In this document: piece by piece, positions 35,496 to 44,835 of the stretch
Layout of the letters: every line of letters starts with the position of its first letter
How positions within the stretch are numbered: the first letter of the stretch is position 1
Assembly: GCA_016932135.1 (NCBI GenBank)
Contig: JAFGDJ010000137.1
Location: 1 to 58,502, forward strand
Reading direction: 5' to 3'
Origin: Spirochaetales bacterium
Lineage (GTDB): Bacteria > Spirochaetota > Spirochaetia > JAFGDJ01
Length of the DNA: 58,502 nucleotides
Notes under the pieces: generated by a model
What the model was told of the DNA's origin: nothing
The model's database searches: none
Seen by the model: the letters and a program-made list of their open reading frames with translations, nothing else
Translations under genes and position numbers: made by a program

Positions 35496-36239
35496 ATGGA
35501 AGCGAATACCCGGCGCCTTGTCTATTGTGTTGACGATGAAGAGAACCTCCGAGTTACCCTGTCTTATGCACTGGAAAAGGAAGGATACCGCTGCTCGGTT
35601 TTCTCCGACGGGGATGAAGCCTGGGCAGCCATGGAGATGTCCCTCCCAGACCTGGCGGTGATCGACATAACCATGCCGAGAATGGATGGGCTGGAACTCT
35701 GTCGGAGGATCCGCCGGGTATCCGAAACCCTGCCGGTAATCTTTCTTACCAGCCGGGACGAGGAGATCGACCGTATTCTTGGGCTTGAACTGGGAGCCGA
35801 TGATTACCTGACCAAGCCGTTCTCCATGAGAGAACTCCTGGCCCGGATAAAGGTCATCTTTCGGCGTATCGAGGCTTACCGGAAGGATACCGCCGGCCCG
35901 GTGAATCATGAGGATAACGGCTTTTTACAAGCCGGCCCGCTGTACATGGATACCCACCGGTATACGGTTCGTTGGAATACCACGCCGATACCTATGACGG
36001 TGACGGAATTCCGCATTCTGGCGGCTCTTATCAAGAATCCCGGGGTGGTGAAAACCCGGGAACAACTCCTTCACGAAGCCTACCCGGAAGACCTCTACGT
36101 CAGTGACCGGTCCGCCGACAGTCATATCAAAAGGATACGAAAGAAAATCCAGGCGGTCGACCCGCTCTTTTCATCCATTGAAACCCTCTACGGCCTGGGT
36201 TACACCTACAGGGATCCGGAAGACCCGGTAACGGCATGA
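35496..36239 (+). CDS. OmpR-family response regulator (CreB-like by context)
   Basis: Receiver (VYCVDDEENL..DLAVIDITMPRMDG..LTSR..KPF) plus winged helix (EFRILAALIKNPGVV..LYGLGYTY). Divergent from creD. Confidence 0.88.
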   Translation: MEANTRRLVYCVDDEENLRVTLSYALEKEGYRCSVFSDGDEAWAAMEMSLPDLAVIDITMPRMDGLELCRRIRRVSETLPVIFLTSRDEEIDRILGLELGADDYLTKPFSMRELLARIKVIFRRIEAYRKDTAGPVNHEDNGFLQAGPLYMDTHRYTVRWNTTPIPMTVTEFRILAALIKNPGVVKTREQLLHEAYPEDLYVSDRSADSHIKRIRKKIQAVDPLFSSIETLYGLGYTYRDPEDPVTA

Positions 36240-37843
36240 AAAAACCATCGGTACTGTATAAGATCTCTTTCAGACTCCTGCTCTTCAATCTTCTCATTGT
36301 CTTTGTACCTCTGTCATCTATCATTTTTCTATCGACCTATGAAGAACAACTTTTACAATCCTTAGAACGATCCATGGTACAGCAGGGACGCATTCTGGCC
36401 GCCGCCTTGGGGGATACCCCCGCCTTGACCGAAGAGAAAGCCGCCGCCTTACTGCAGCGTCTTCAGAAGAGACACGATGCCAGACTCAGGGTGCTGGATA
36501 CCGCCGGCCGGGTCTTATCGGATTCCAGCGTACTGCCGGAAGAGAAGGAACTGTCGGATATCGATTCAGCCTACAGTATGGATAAATGGAGCGGCAGAAG
36601 CCTCTCTGACCCTGGGGAAGAACAACCTCCCGATGAGTCCTGGCTCTATAAACTGGCGTCTTTCCCGGTCCGGCTTCTGCGGAATTACCTGCTGCCGCCG
36701 GCGGTGCCGCTGGGATCGGGGGACTACTACCTGGGAAAGGAACTTCTGCTGGGTAGGGAGGTTCTGGACGCCCTGGAAGGCCGTTACGGTGCCGCGACCA
36801 GGATATCCTCCGGCGGCCAGATATCGGTCACCCTCTACAGTGCCCTACCCGTTCACTTCGGCGAGAGGATAACCGGGGTGGTTCTGGTTTCTCAATCCAC
36901 CTATCGGATCTTGCAGGATCTGTATCGCCTCCGCCTCGACCTGTTCAAGATATTTCTCATCTCCATCCTGACGGCTGTCCTGATAAGTCTTTTTCTTTCT
37001 TTCACCATATCCCGGCCGTTAAAAACCTTGAGCCGTCAGGCTCAACGGATATTTATTCCCGGAGGGAAATTTCAAGGCCGTTTCTATACCGGCGGAAGAA
37101 TGGATGAGATCGGTCAACTCGCTTATGCTTTGGACAGGCTTTCCGACCAGTTGAAGGAGCATATCGAGTTTATTGAATCCTTTGCCTCCGATGTGTCCCA
37201 TGAGCTCAAAAATCCCCTGGCCGCTATCCGTTCTTCCGCCGAAGTTGCCGCGGAAACCCTGGAAGACAGCCAGGAGGCGGTGCGCTTTCTTTCGGTAATT
37301 CAACGGGAGGCCGCCCGGATGGAGCATCTGCTGTCCGCCCTGAGGGATATTACTACGATAGATACCCGTCTTCCCGACGAGGAAAAGGAATCGGTTGATC
37401 TGGTTTCCTTAGCCACTCTTATTGTTCAGGAGTACAGGCAGGTGACCCCCGAAATTCCGGTCAGCTTTATCCCGGACCTGCCGAAGGAAAAAATGTATGT
37501 CTCGGCCTCTCCTCTCCGGTTGACCCAGGCGATAAAAAACATCATCGACAATGCCGTAAGTTTCTCACCCCCCGGAGGAGAGATTACGTTGAAAGTAGGA
37601 AGAAAAGAAGGATTCATTTTTCTTGAACTAGGCGATCGAGGCCCCGGCATCCCGCCGAAGATCATGGATAAAATCTTTCAACGCTTTTTCAGCTCCCGGT
37701 GCGGAACTGCCAAAGGAGATCACACCGGGCTGGGGCTGGCGATCGTAAAAGCCGTGGTTACCGGATACGGCGGGACTGTCGGAGCGAAAAACCGCGAAGG
37801 GGGCGGCGCTTTAATAACCTTCAGATTGCCGGAATCGACTTAA
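36236..37843 (+). CDS. sensor histidine kinase (CreC-like by context) with periplasmic domain, HAMP, HisKA, HATPase
   Basis: ATGA coupling to the RR gene. H-box FASDVSHELKNPLAAI; N/G boxes NIIDNAVSF, GDRGPGI, GLGLAIV. Confidence 0.88.
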   Translation: MKKPSVLYKISFRLLLFNLLIVFVPLSSIIFLSTYEEQLLQSLERSMVQQGRILAAALGDTPALTEEKAAALLQRLQKRHDARLRVLDTAGRVLSDSSVLPEEKELSDIDSAYSMDKWSGRSLSDPGEEQPPDESWLYKLASFPVRLLRNYLLPPAVPLGSGDYYLGKELLLGREVLDALEGRYGAATRISSGGQISVTLYSALPVHFGERITGVVLVSQSTYRILQDLYRLRLDLFKIFLISILTAVLISLFLSFTISRPLKTLSRQAQRIFIPGGKFQGRFYTGGRMDEIGQLAYALDRLSDQLKEHIEFIESFASDVSHELKNPLAAIRSSAEVAAETLEDSQEAVRFLSVIQREAARMEHLLSALRDITTIDTRLPDEEKESVDLVSLATLIVQEYRQVTPEIPVSFIPDLPKEKMYVSASPLRLTQAIKNIIDNAVSFSPPGGEITLKVGRKEGFIFLELGDRGPGIPPKIMDKIFQRFFSSRCGTAKGDHTGLGLAIVKAVVTGYGGTVGAKNREGGGALITFRLPEST

Positions 37844-37892
37844 AGCGCCTACCTTCCAGAGGAACATTCCGTCACTGTAAGCTTGGGAGCCG

Positions 37893-38594
37893 TCAGATAC
37901 GCCGGGCTTCCCGGAGATCTTCCTGGAGTTTTCGTACCGTTTTACCGGTTATCTCGAAAGCCATCCGTTCAAACCCTTCGGCCAATTGTTCCTCGCTTAA
38001 CGTACTGAGGCTGCCTATGGTGACCACGTTCCCCAGAATTTCGTTATATCCAAAAAATCCCGGGGTGATCTCTTCGGAAACCGAGATTCGTCTCTGCCAG
38101 ATAATATCCTTATCACCCTGATGGAAAAGACAGGCATTGATCTTTATCCCCATGGTCACTTCACCGTTCCCGGAGCTGGCTTCTATGCCGTAATCTACAA
38201 TTTCAAGTTCAAGAATGACATCGGCTTCCCTGGTTCGATCCACGATGTAGGTATCCAGGGTCTGAGCCGTATCCTTCAAAAGCCGGTAGGATATCATTCC
38301 CGGGATATCGGTCCTGGAAAGAGCCTGGACGAGTTTTCCCCGGGCGATTTCAGCACCCCCGGCTTTCACCAGGTTGGCGCTGATCTGTAGAAAAGCCATC
38401 ACATAATCATCCCCGTAGGAAGGCATGGAGTAATCCACATCTACCGTGGGTTCGGGGGGTGTAAGCATATCAAGAGCCATGGTGGCTCCTGTCAGGTCAT
38501 AGTAAGCCAAATTATTAACGGTAGCGCAGGATAAGGCTATAAAAACAACAAGAATCACTCCAATCCAGGTTGCCGGCGTTTTTAAGGTTTTCAT
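37893..38594 (-). CDS. hypothetical lipoprotein
   Basis: Signal peptide plus lipobox (FIALSCA); no family recognised. Confidence 0.55.
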   Translation of the reverse strand: MKTLKTPATWIGVILVVFIALSCATVNNLAYYDLTGATMALDMLTPPEPTVDVDYSMPSYGDDYVMAFLQISANLVKAGGAEIARGKLVQALSRTDIPGMISYRLLKDTAQTLDTYIVDRTREADVILELEIVDYGIEASSGNGEVTMGIKINACLFHQGDKDIIWQRRISVSEEITPGFFGYNEILGNVVTIGSLSTLSEEQLAEGFERMAFEITGKTVRKLQEDLREARRI

Positions 38595-38745
38595 AATTCC
38601 TCCGAGGGCTTCGATATCTCTAATAATATAACACTCTTACGATGAAAAACTGTTCCCGGCAGTTTCGGTTTTTTTCGTCTCCGGTCTTTCGGAATTTTGC
38701 CCATGGTCGTTATAACGATTATATTATACCTGATGGAGGAACAAT

Positions 38746-39216
38746 ATGCGTGTGTATCTTATTCAGCACGGGCAGGCAAAATCCAAGGAAGAAGACCCCC
38801 GGCGTGGTCTGACGGATCTGGGAATACAAACAACCCGACGGCAGGCCGAACTCTTCGCTGAAACCAATCCGGTTATCCATGTGATCTGGCACAGCGGGAA
38901 ACAGAGAGCCCTGCAAACCGCGGAGATCTTCGCTGAAGCCTTAGGCATTCCCCAGCGGATTCTGGAACACACAGGTCTGAATCCCGATGATCCGCCGATG
39001 CCTTTGGCGCAGGAACTTTCTTCCTCGCATCATGATATTATGGTGGTGGGCCACCTGCCCTTTCTTTCCCGGCTGGCCGGGGTCCTTCTGTCGTGCAAAG
39101 AGGATACAGAACCGATAACTTTTACCAACAGCGCCGTGATTTGTCTGAGCCGAACTGATTCGACCTGGAAGGTGGATTGGGTTCTTCCCCCGGAGTTGAT
39201 TGTTCCAATCAGGTGA
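38746..39216 (+). CDS. sixA: phosphohistidine phosphatase SixA-like (histidine phosphatase superfamily)
   Basis: MRVYLIQHGQA...LTDLG...SGKQRALQTAEI...MVVGHLPFLS matches SixA length and layout, but the N-terminal motif is QHG rather than RHG. Confidence 0.7.
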   Translation: MRVYLIQHGQAKSKEEDPRRGLTDLGIQTTRRQAELFAETNPVIHVIWHSGKQRALQTAEIFAEALGIPQRILEHTGLNPDDPPMPLAQELSSSHHDIMVVGHLPFLSRLAGVLLSCKEDTEPITFTNSAVICLSRTDSTWKVDWVLPPELIVPIR

Positions 39217-39243
39217 AGCCGACCGGGGAACGGAAAAGGATAT

Positions 39244-40164
39244 TTATTCCTCCAGCATGGTCTTTATGTTTCCCAGGATAGTTCTCATATCCGTCAAATC
39301 CATAGGAAGAACCAGCCGGGTATCCTTCCTGGCAAGCTTGGAAAGTTCTTCGATATAGGCTTCCGAAATCCGGAGGTTCAGGGCTTCCAGTCCTCCCGCT
39401 GAATGCACGGCTTCGGCAATTTTTCTGATACCGGCGGCGGCGGACCTGGACAAGGCGAGAATTTCCTGAGCCTTTCCTTCCGCTTCGTTTATCCTTTTTT
39501 CCTTAATACCTTCCGATCGGTTTATCGCCTCTTCCATCTCCGCCTGGGAATAGTTTATCTTCGATTCCATGTCTCCCAGGCTTCTGGCTATCTCAGCCCG
39601 CTTTTCCCGCTCAGCCTTCATCTGTACTTCCATGGCTTCAAGAATTCCCGGAGGAACATTGATATTCTGGATCTCGTACCGGGACACCTTAACCCCCCAG
39701 GCATCGGAGGCTTCATCCACGGCTTTTACCACCTCTCCGTTAATGGCTTCTCTTTCCTCGAACGTTCTGTCCAGTTCCAGCCGTCCGATGACCGACCGCA
39801 TGGTGGTCTGGGCAAGCTGGATGGTCGCATATCTGTAATCGATAATACCATAGCTGGCCCTTCTGGCGTCGATAACCTTCAGATAAAGCACGCCGTCAAC
39901 CCTGACCTTTACATTGTCCTGGGTAAAACAATCCTGAGCGGGAACATCCACCGCCATTTCCTTCAGGCTGTGTTTATAGCGGACCTTTTCAATAAAAGGC
40001 ACCAGGACATGAAAACCCGCTTCCAGAGTACGGTTGTATTTTCCCAGACGCTCCACCACCATGGCGGTCTTCCCGGGAATAATCCGAATGCTGCGGATAA
40101 TGCTGATAAGAAGAACAAAACCCAGGAGACTCGAAAGAATAAAAAGTGGAAGAAGAGGGTTCAT
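39244..40164 (-). CDS. SPFH/Band-7 (stomatin/paraslipin-like) membrane protein
   Basis: N-terminal TM; IIPGKTAMVVERLGKY..LEAGFH..VP; coiled-coil C-terminus. Confidence 0.88.
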   Translation of the reverse strand: MNPLLPLFILSSLLGFVLLISIIRSIRIIPGKTAMVVERLGKYNRTLEAGFHVLVPFIEKVRYKHSLKEMAVDVPAQDCFTQDNVKVRVDGVLYLKVIDARRASYGIIDYRYATIQLAQTTMRSVIGRLELDRTFEEREAINGEVVKAVDEASDAWGVKVSRYEIQNINVPPGILEAMEVQMKAEREKRAEIARSLGDMESKINYSQAEMEEAINRSEGIKEKRINEAEGKAQEILALSRSAAAGIRKIAEAVHSAGGLEALNLRISEAYIEELSKLARKDTRLVLPMDLTDMRTILGNIKTMLEE

Positions 40165-41096
40165 TCTTTACCTCCTTGTTCGCTGGGGCTTTTTGAGGGT
40201 GTGAGGGTCTCCACCAGAGCTTTTAAACCCGCTATTTCCTCTGGAACCACCGTAACCTCCGAGCTTTCCAGGATACTTCCCAACCTGGCCACATACAATT
40301 CCGCCAGATTTAGGTTCATGGCAGCCTTTCCCCCGGGCATCTTCAAGGCTTCTGCTATTAGCTTCAAACCCTCCGCCGTGGCTTCGGCCACAATCTCCGT
40401 GGCCTGGGCTTTTCCTTCGGCTTCGTTGATTCGCTTCTGTCGTTCACCTATGGAAAGGTTTATCGAAGACTCCCGTTCCCCCTTGGAACGGTTGATTCTG
40501 CCGGCTTTCTCCCCTTCACTGGCCAGAATCCCGGCGCGCTTCTCCCGTTCCGCCCGCATCTGACGTTCCATAGCCTGTTCGATGGTATCCGTGGGGCTGA
40601 TATCCTTGATCTCGTACCGGGTAACCTTGATTCCCCAGGGATCAGACGCTTCGTCCACCGCTTTAACAATGGCATCATTAATCTCGTCCCGTTCTCTGAA
40701 GGTTCTGTCCAGCTCCAGCTTGCCGATTTCGGAACGCATGGTCGTTTTTGCCAGCTGAGCCGTGGCGTAACGGTAATTGTCTATACCGTAACTTGCCTTT
40801 TCCGGGTCCATCACCCGGACGTACAGAAGACCGTCCACGGTCACCTGCACATTGTCACTGGTAATGCAGACTTGGGGTTCCACATCAATTACTTCTTCCT
40901 TCAAGGTTTGCCGGTAGGCAATTCTTTGTACCGCCGGGATGACCAAATGCAGCCCCGCCCCCAGGGTCCTTTTATATTTTCCAAACTGTTCGATAATGAA
41001 AGCCTTTTGTTCGGGAACAATCCTGATCATTTTAAAAAAGACAAACAGCACCAGTAAAGCCAGCGCGGTTACCAGATAAGCTGAGAAGGTATCCAT
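40161..41096 (-). CDS. SPFH/Band-7 (stomatin/paraslipin-like) membrane protein, paralogue
   Basis: Same architecture and roughly half the residues identical to the downstream paralogue by eye. 4-nt overlap coupling. Confidence 0.88.
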   Translation of the reverse strand: MDTFSAYLVTALALLVLFVFFKMIRIVPEQKAFIIEQFGKYKRTLGAGLHLVIPAVQRIAYRQTLKEEVIDVEPQVCITSDNVQVTVDGLLYVRVMDPEKASYGIDNYRYATAQLAKTTMRSEIGKLELDRTFRERDEINDAIVKAVDEASDPWGIKVTRYEIKDISPTDTIEQAMERQMRAEREKRAGILASEGEKAGRINRSKGERESSINLSIGERQKRINEAEGKAQATEIVAEATAEGLKLIAEALKMPGGKAAMNLNLAELYVARLGSILESSEVTVVPEEIAGLKALVETLTPSKSPSEQGGKE

Positions 41097-41111
41097 ATTT
41101 TCCTCCTAGGG

Positions 41112-41606
41112 TCAGGTATCGGTCTCAAGCCGATCCATAAAGTCATCCTTGGGATCTCTTCCGTCGAAGGGCTTGGTGACGGTCAGGATCAGTCCGGAGG
41201 TTTCAATTATCTCCACTGTTTCTCCGACGACAAAACTCTCCACCGGACTTACTGCCGTCCAGCTGGTTCCACGGTACCGGACTCTGCCGGGTTTCTCGGG
41301 AGTTATTTCTTCCAGAACCTTTACCCTGTCTCCGATTCCGTCCTCTTGGGGCCTGTCCAGGAGGGTTCCCCGAAAAACTTTTCTGAACCGCCGCCTTAGG
41401 AAAATGAAAGAGAGTATGGAACTGCCCGCCCATAGGGCCGCCTGCAGACCGAGACTCGCGGTCACCGGAGGCAGTACCGCGGCAGCCAGGGCGGTGAGCA
41501 GGGCTCCCATGCCAAAGAAGAAAATGGTAAAACCCGGAATGATCATTTCTGAAGCAATAAGTAAAACTCCGGCTACACCCCAGAGAAAAGAAGGGTTGGT
41601 AAACAT
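41112..41606 (-). CDS. NfeD-family membrane protein
   Basis: Three TM helices plus a C-terminal OB-fold (GRVRYRGTSWTAVS...GETVEIIE). ATG 41606 has a GAGGAA SD; the track start 41627 is a TTG. Confidence 0.8.
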   Translation of the reverse strand: MFTNPSFLWGVAGVLLIASEMIIPGFTIFFFGMGALLTALAAAVLPPVTASLGLQAALWAGSSILSFIFLRRRFRKVFRGTLLDRPQEDGIGDRVKVLEEITPEKPGRVRYRGTSWTAVSPVESFVVGETVEIIETSGLILTVTKPFDGRDPKDDFMDRLETDT

Positions 41607-41667
41607 GGCACGTTCCTCTTCAGTCAAGCATACGCCCGGAATAACGGTAAAGTCAACGCCCTGGAAC

Positions 41668-41696
41668 TTGACGAAATTCCGGGACCTTTCTATACT
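41668..41696 (+). promoter_or_regulatory. candidate sigma70-type promoter for the sugar-ABC-like operon
   Basis: TTGACG (41668-41673) - 17 nt - TATACT (41691-41696), about 125 nt upstream of ATG 41822. Confidence 0.4.
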
Positions 41697-41821
41697 GAAA
41701 TCGCTCTGTTACATTCTATACTTCCGAGCGTACGATCCTTCCGGTCGACAGGCCAATGGATATGCGCCGTCAGGGTATCACCGGAAACAGTGATGCCTCC
41801 CGTGATTGGAAAGGAAGCTCT

Positions 41822-43300
41822 ATGCACCGACGTTTCTTTCTAGTTCTTTTTACCCTGGTTCTCGCATCCGCCGGCTCTTCTCTGGATATTCATCTTAACG
41901 GACAACCCTGGAAACAGTTCACCCCGGAAGCTCTGGATTCCCTTTCCTATCCCGTGGATCCGGCGGACCCCGGTAAAAGGGGAATAAGCCTGGATGAAGT
42001 TCTGCCCCCCCTGTACAATGCCTATCGACTTTCCGCCTCGGCGGTTTCCGGTGAAATAATATGGGAAGGTGACGACCTGGCGGATTTTTTTCATCAGGGT
42101 TACCTGTCTCTTCAGGGAGAAACCCTTTCCATGGCTTTCCAGGGTCGTTCCATCAATGGCGTTAAAAGCCTGAAGGTTCAGGGTGAGCTCATTACCGACC
42201 GAACCCTGGAAGTATGGATAAGCTGGGAAGGTCCCCGGCTTCTGAAGGAAGAAATACAACGATACGCCGATCTTCATGACACGGATATCCGGGTGATTGA
42301 AGTTCCCAAAACCTCTTCGAAACTCCTTTCAGTCCTCCGGGGCGGCGGCAATCCGCCGGACTTGCTGATGGTTCAATCCAGCGATATACCCACCTTACTC
42401 CTCGCCAACGCCCTGCAGCCCCTGGGGTACCTCAACACGGAGGATCTGGATATCCGCGGGAAGGAAGCCTTTACCACCGGTGGAAGTCTCTGGGGAATAC
42501 CTTTTTACTGCGACCCGCAGATTGTCTTCATCAATAATGCCCTTATACCGGAGAACCCCGATTTTCATTGGACCCTCGAGGATTATGAAAACCTTTCCGC
42601 CGATCTCCTCGTCCGGGGAATAACTCCCTCCGCCTGGAACGCCTATTCCGCTTCCTGGCTCATTCCGTTTCAGTTGGCCTTTGGAAAAAAGCGTCTGGTG
42701 GAACCTGACGGCTCCATTATCGTGAACGACCGGCCCAGCGTGGAAGCTCTGGAATACCTCCTCGATTTGGAAAAAAAAGGGTACCTGGAGGTTCTGGAAC
42801 GGGATGCCATGGTTTCCCTCTTCGTTGCGGGAAAGGTAGCCATGATTCTTTCCGGTTCTTACAGCATCCCCGGGTTCGAAGACATAGATCTTGATTTTTC
42901 CGTGGTGCCCTACCCGCTGCACCCCTCCACCGGCCGAGCCGTTGCTCCTTTGCTGGATTATAAGGCCTTCTGTATGACCCGCCGGACCAGACATCCCGTC
43001 CTGGCTCGGCGGCTGGTGGAATACCTCTCCGGGATCGGGGTGCAGCAGCGATTTCCTCCCAGGCTCTCGAAGCTTCCCGTGCACCTGGTTTCCAGGACCT
43101 TGAGCGAGACGGTATCTCCACATTTCAGCGCCCTGGCCGTCAGCAGCGAGCGGGGGATCCCTATTCCACCGGAAAAAGCCTATGGGGAATATAAAAACAC
43201 CATGTGGAGCCTCCTGCGTTTCGCCTTTACCGGCCAAATGAGTGCCCAGGAAGTTTTAAATCAATGTCAAACGATGGTAGAGAAAAAAATGGTTCCGTAG
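41822..43300 (+). CDS. extracellular solute-binding protein (SBP family 1, sugar type) with ~125-aa N-terminal extra domain
   Basis: Signal peptide MHRRFFLVLFTLVLASAGS. The SBP_bac_1-like body starts at LEVWISWEGPR...PDLLMVQSSD...GIPFYCDPQIVFIN. ATG 41822 follows GGAAAGGAAG. Confidence 0.75.
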   Translation: MHRRFFLVLFTLVLASAGSSLDIHLNGQPWKQFTPEALDSLSYPVDPADPGKRGISLDEVLPPLYNAYRLSASAVSGEIIWEGDDLADFFHQGYLSLQGETLSMAFQGRSINGVKSLKVQGELITDRTLEVWISWEGPRLLKEEIQRYADLHDTDIRVIEVPKTSSKLLSVLRGGGNPPDLLMVQSSDIPTLLLANALQPLGYLNTEDLDIRGKEAFTTGGSLWGIPFYCDPQIVFINNALIPENPDFHWTLEDYENLSADLLVRGITPSAWNAYSASWLIPFQLAFGKKRLVEPDGSIIVNDRPSVEALEYLLDLEKKGYLEVLERDAMVSLFVAGKVAMILSGSYSIPGFEDIDLDFSVVPYPLHPSTGRAVAPLLDYKAFCMTRRTRHPVLARRLVEYLSGIGVQQRFPPRLSKLPVHLVSRTLSETVSPHFSALAVSSERGIPIPPEKAYGEYKNTMWSLLRFAFTGQMSAQEVLNQCQTMVEKKMVP

Positions 43301-43364
43301 TATCGGCTTTCCGAAAAGGAACCTTTTAATAGGAACGCTACAATAGAATGAAAGGAGTTTATGA

Positions 43365-44780
43365 ATGAAGCGAACCCTCACAAGAATCCTTTTTCTGACG
43401 GCGTCCATAGCCCTGCTGTGGACCGGTTGCGTGAGCGCCCCGTCGGGGGGAGAGAACACAGAAGCCTTGCCGGACTGGTCCGTCAGCCTTTCCGGTATCC
43501 GGCAGGACACCCTGACCGCCTCTTATTTCCAGGATGCCAAGGAGCACGGGAGCCACTATGTGGAGCGGGTCTACGAGCGCAAGGGAGAGACCAACACCTA
43601 TAAAGGTATGCCCCTGTGGCTCATCTGCGCCATGGTGGACGGCCCCGACGGGAAACACCCCTACATCTTCGATGAGGACCTTTGGAAGCAGGGCTATGAC
43701 GTAACCATTGTTGCGGCGGACGGTTACTCGGCCACCTTCAACACCGTCGATCTTCCCCCGGATGCCATGATCCTGGCAGATTCGGTGGATGGAGAACCGG
43801 TGTCTCCCAGGATCGCCGGTGATATTCCCGGTAATCTCTGGGTAAAGGATGTGGTTGCCCTGGAACTGGCCCTGGGAAGCGGGGGTGAAACCGAAATCTT
43901 CACCTTGGAAATGGATATCAACGGTGAGGGTTTTTCCTATACCCTGGAAGACCTGGAAGCTTCCCCTTACTACCTGGAAGATATGGGCAGCTACACCACC
44001 AGCGCCGGCACAACCTACACCCATCGATACGGCGGTGTGCGGTTCGCCGACCTTCTCTCGTCCTATGTAAAAATTGAAGATGACACAACCATCACTGTTC
44101 AGGCCATGGACGGCTACGAAATGACTTATAACGGTGCCCAGATAACCGACACCTCCGACGGTGTATGGATTCTGGCTTTTAAGGCGGACGGTGAATACCT
44201 GCCCTTAGACCCCGGATACATTCGCACGGTGAAAGTCGGCCCCGGCACACCCAATATTGAAGGACATTCCTCCGCCAGAATGGTAAAAAAGATCCTTGTC
44301 AGTGCCGAGCCCTACAGGGATTTCAATCTTACCATGGAAGGCCTGATCAACGATGTCCTGGACAGGCAGACGGTTCAGGCGGGGATCAGCTGCCATAAAA
44401 CGGAAGTACAGTATTACAATAAAAAGAGCGATGAGGTTATTGCCTATCAGGGCATTCCCCTGTGGTGTCTTATGGCCTGGTCCGATGACCCCGATTACGC
44501 CCCTCATAAGCAGGACAAATCAATTCTCTCCTACAACGCCGAAGCCGCTGAAGCCGGCTACTCGGTGGTTATCACCGCTTCCGACGGTTTCTCCGTTACC
44601 CTGGATTCCAGAGAGCTGCATAAAAACGACCAGGTTATCCTGGCCATGTATAGGGAAGGAAAGGAATTAGCCGGTGACGAATGGCCATTGATCCTGGTCT
44701 GGGATAAGGACACCGCGGTGGTGCCCCAGGGCATAAAGGCCGTAAAGAACGTTGCAAAGATTTCGCTGATAATCGAATAA
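43365..44780 (+). CDS. lipoprotein with three tandem ~140-aa repeats (molybdopterin-oxidoreductase-fold-like domain, tentative)
   Basis: Lipobox LWTGC. Repeats are marked by Y(K/Q)G(M/I)PLW..(M/A).. / RYGGVRFADLL, then (V/I)x(A/S)xDG(Y/F)(S/E)x(T/M), then ILA...G(E/K).L. Confidence 0.6.
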   Translation: MKRTLTRILFLTASIALLWTGCVSAPSGGENTEALPDWSVSLSGIRQDTLTASYFQDAKEHGSHYVERVYERKGETNTYKGMPLWLICAMVDGPDGKHPYIFDEDLWKQGYDVTIVAADGYSATFNTVDLPPDAMILADSVDGEPVSPRIAGDIPGNLWVKDVVALELALGSGGETEIFTLEMDINGEGFSYTLEDLEASPYYLEDMGSYTTSAGTTYTHRYGGVRFADLLSSYVKIEDDTTITVQAMDGYEMTYNGAQITDTSDGVWILAFKADGEYLPLDPGYIRTVKVGPGTPNIEGHSSARMVKKILVSAEPYRDFNLTMEGLINDVLDRQTVQAGISCHKTEVQYYNKKSDEVIAYQGIPLWCLMAWSDDPDYAPHKQDKSILSYNAEAAEAGYSVVITASDGFSVTLDSRELHKNDQVILAMYREGKELAGDEWPLILVWDKDTAVVPQGIKAVKNVAKISLIIE

Positions 44781-44835
44781 TCCGATTAAAACCGGGGCTC
44801 TTCAGGCTTCCCTGGGGGGTCCCGGACCCTTATTT

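Noticed and set aside
38707-38718. Perfect 12-bp palindrome TCGTTATAACGA upstream of sixA
   Set aside because: A perfect 12-bp palindrome is expected several times by chance in 58 kb (1 in 4096 per position). No second half-site or partner regulator is evident.
39403-40563. 386-aa plus-strand ORF spanning both SPFH genes
   Set aside because: It is an antisense shadow that crosses the boundary between two well-supported minus-strand genes. The composition is Ser/Pro/Arg/Phe-rich.
42395-44024. Minus-strand ORFs 42395-43237 and 43359-44024
   Set aside because: They are antisense to the SBP and repeat-lipoprotein genes. They are Gly/Pro/Arg-rich and have no RBS.
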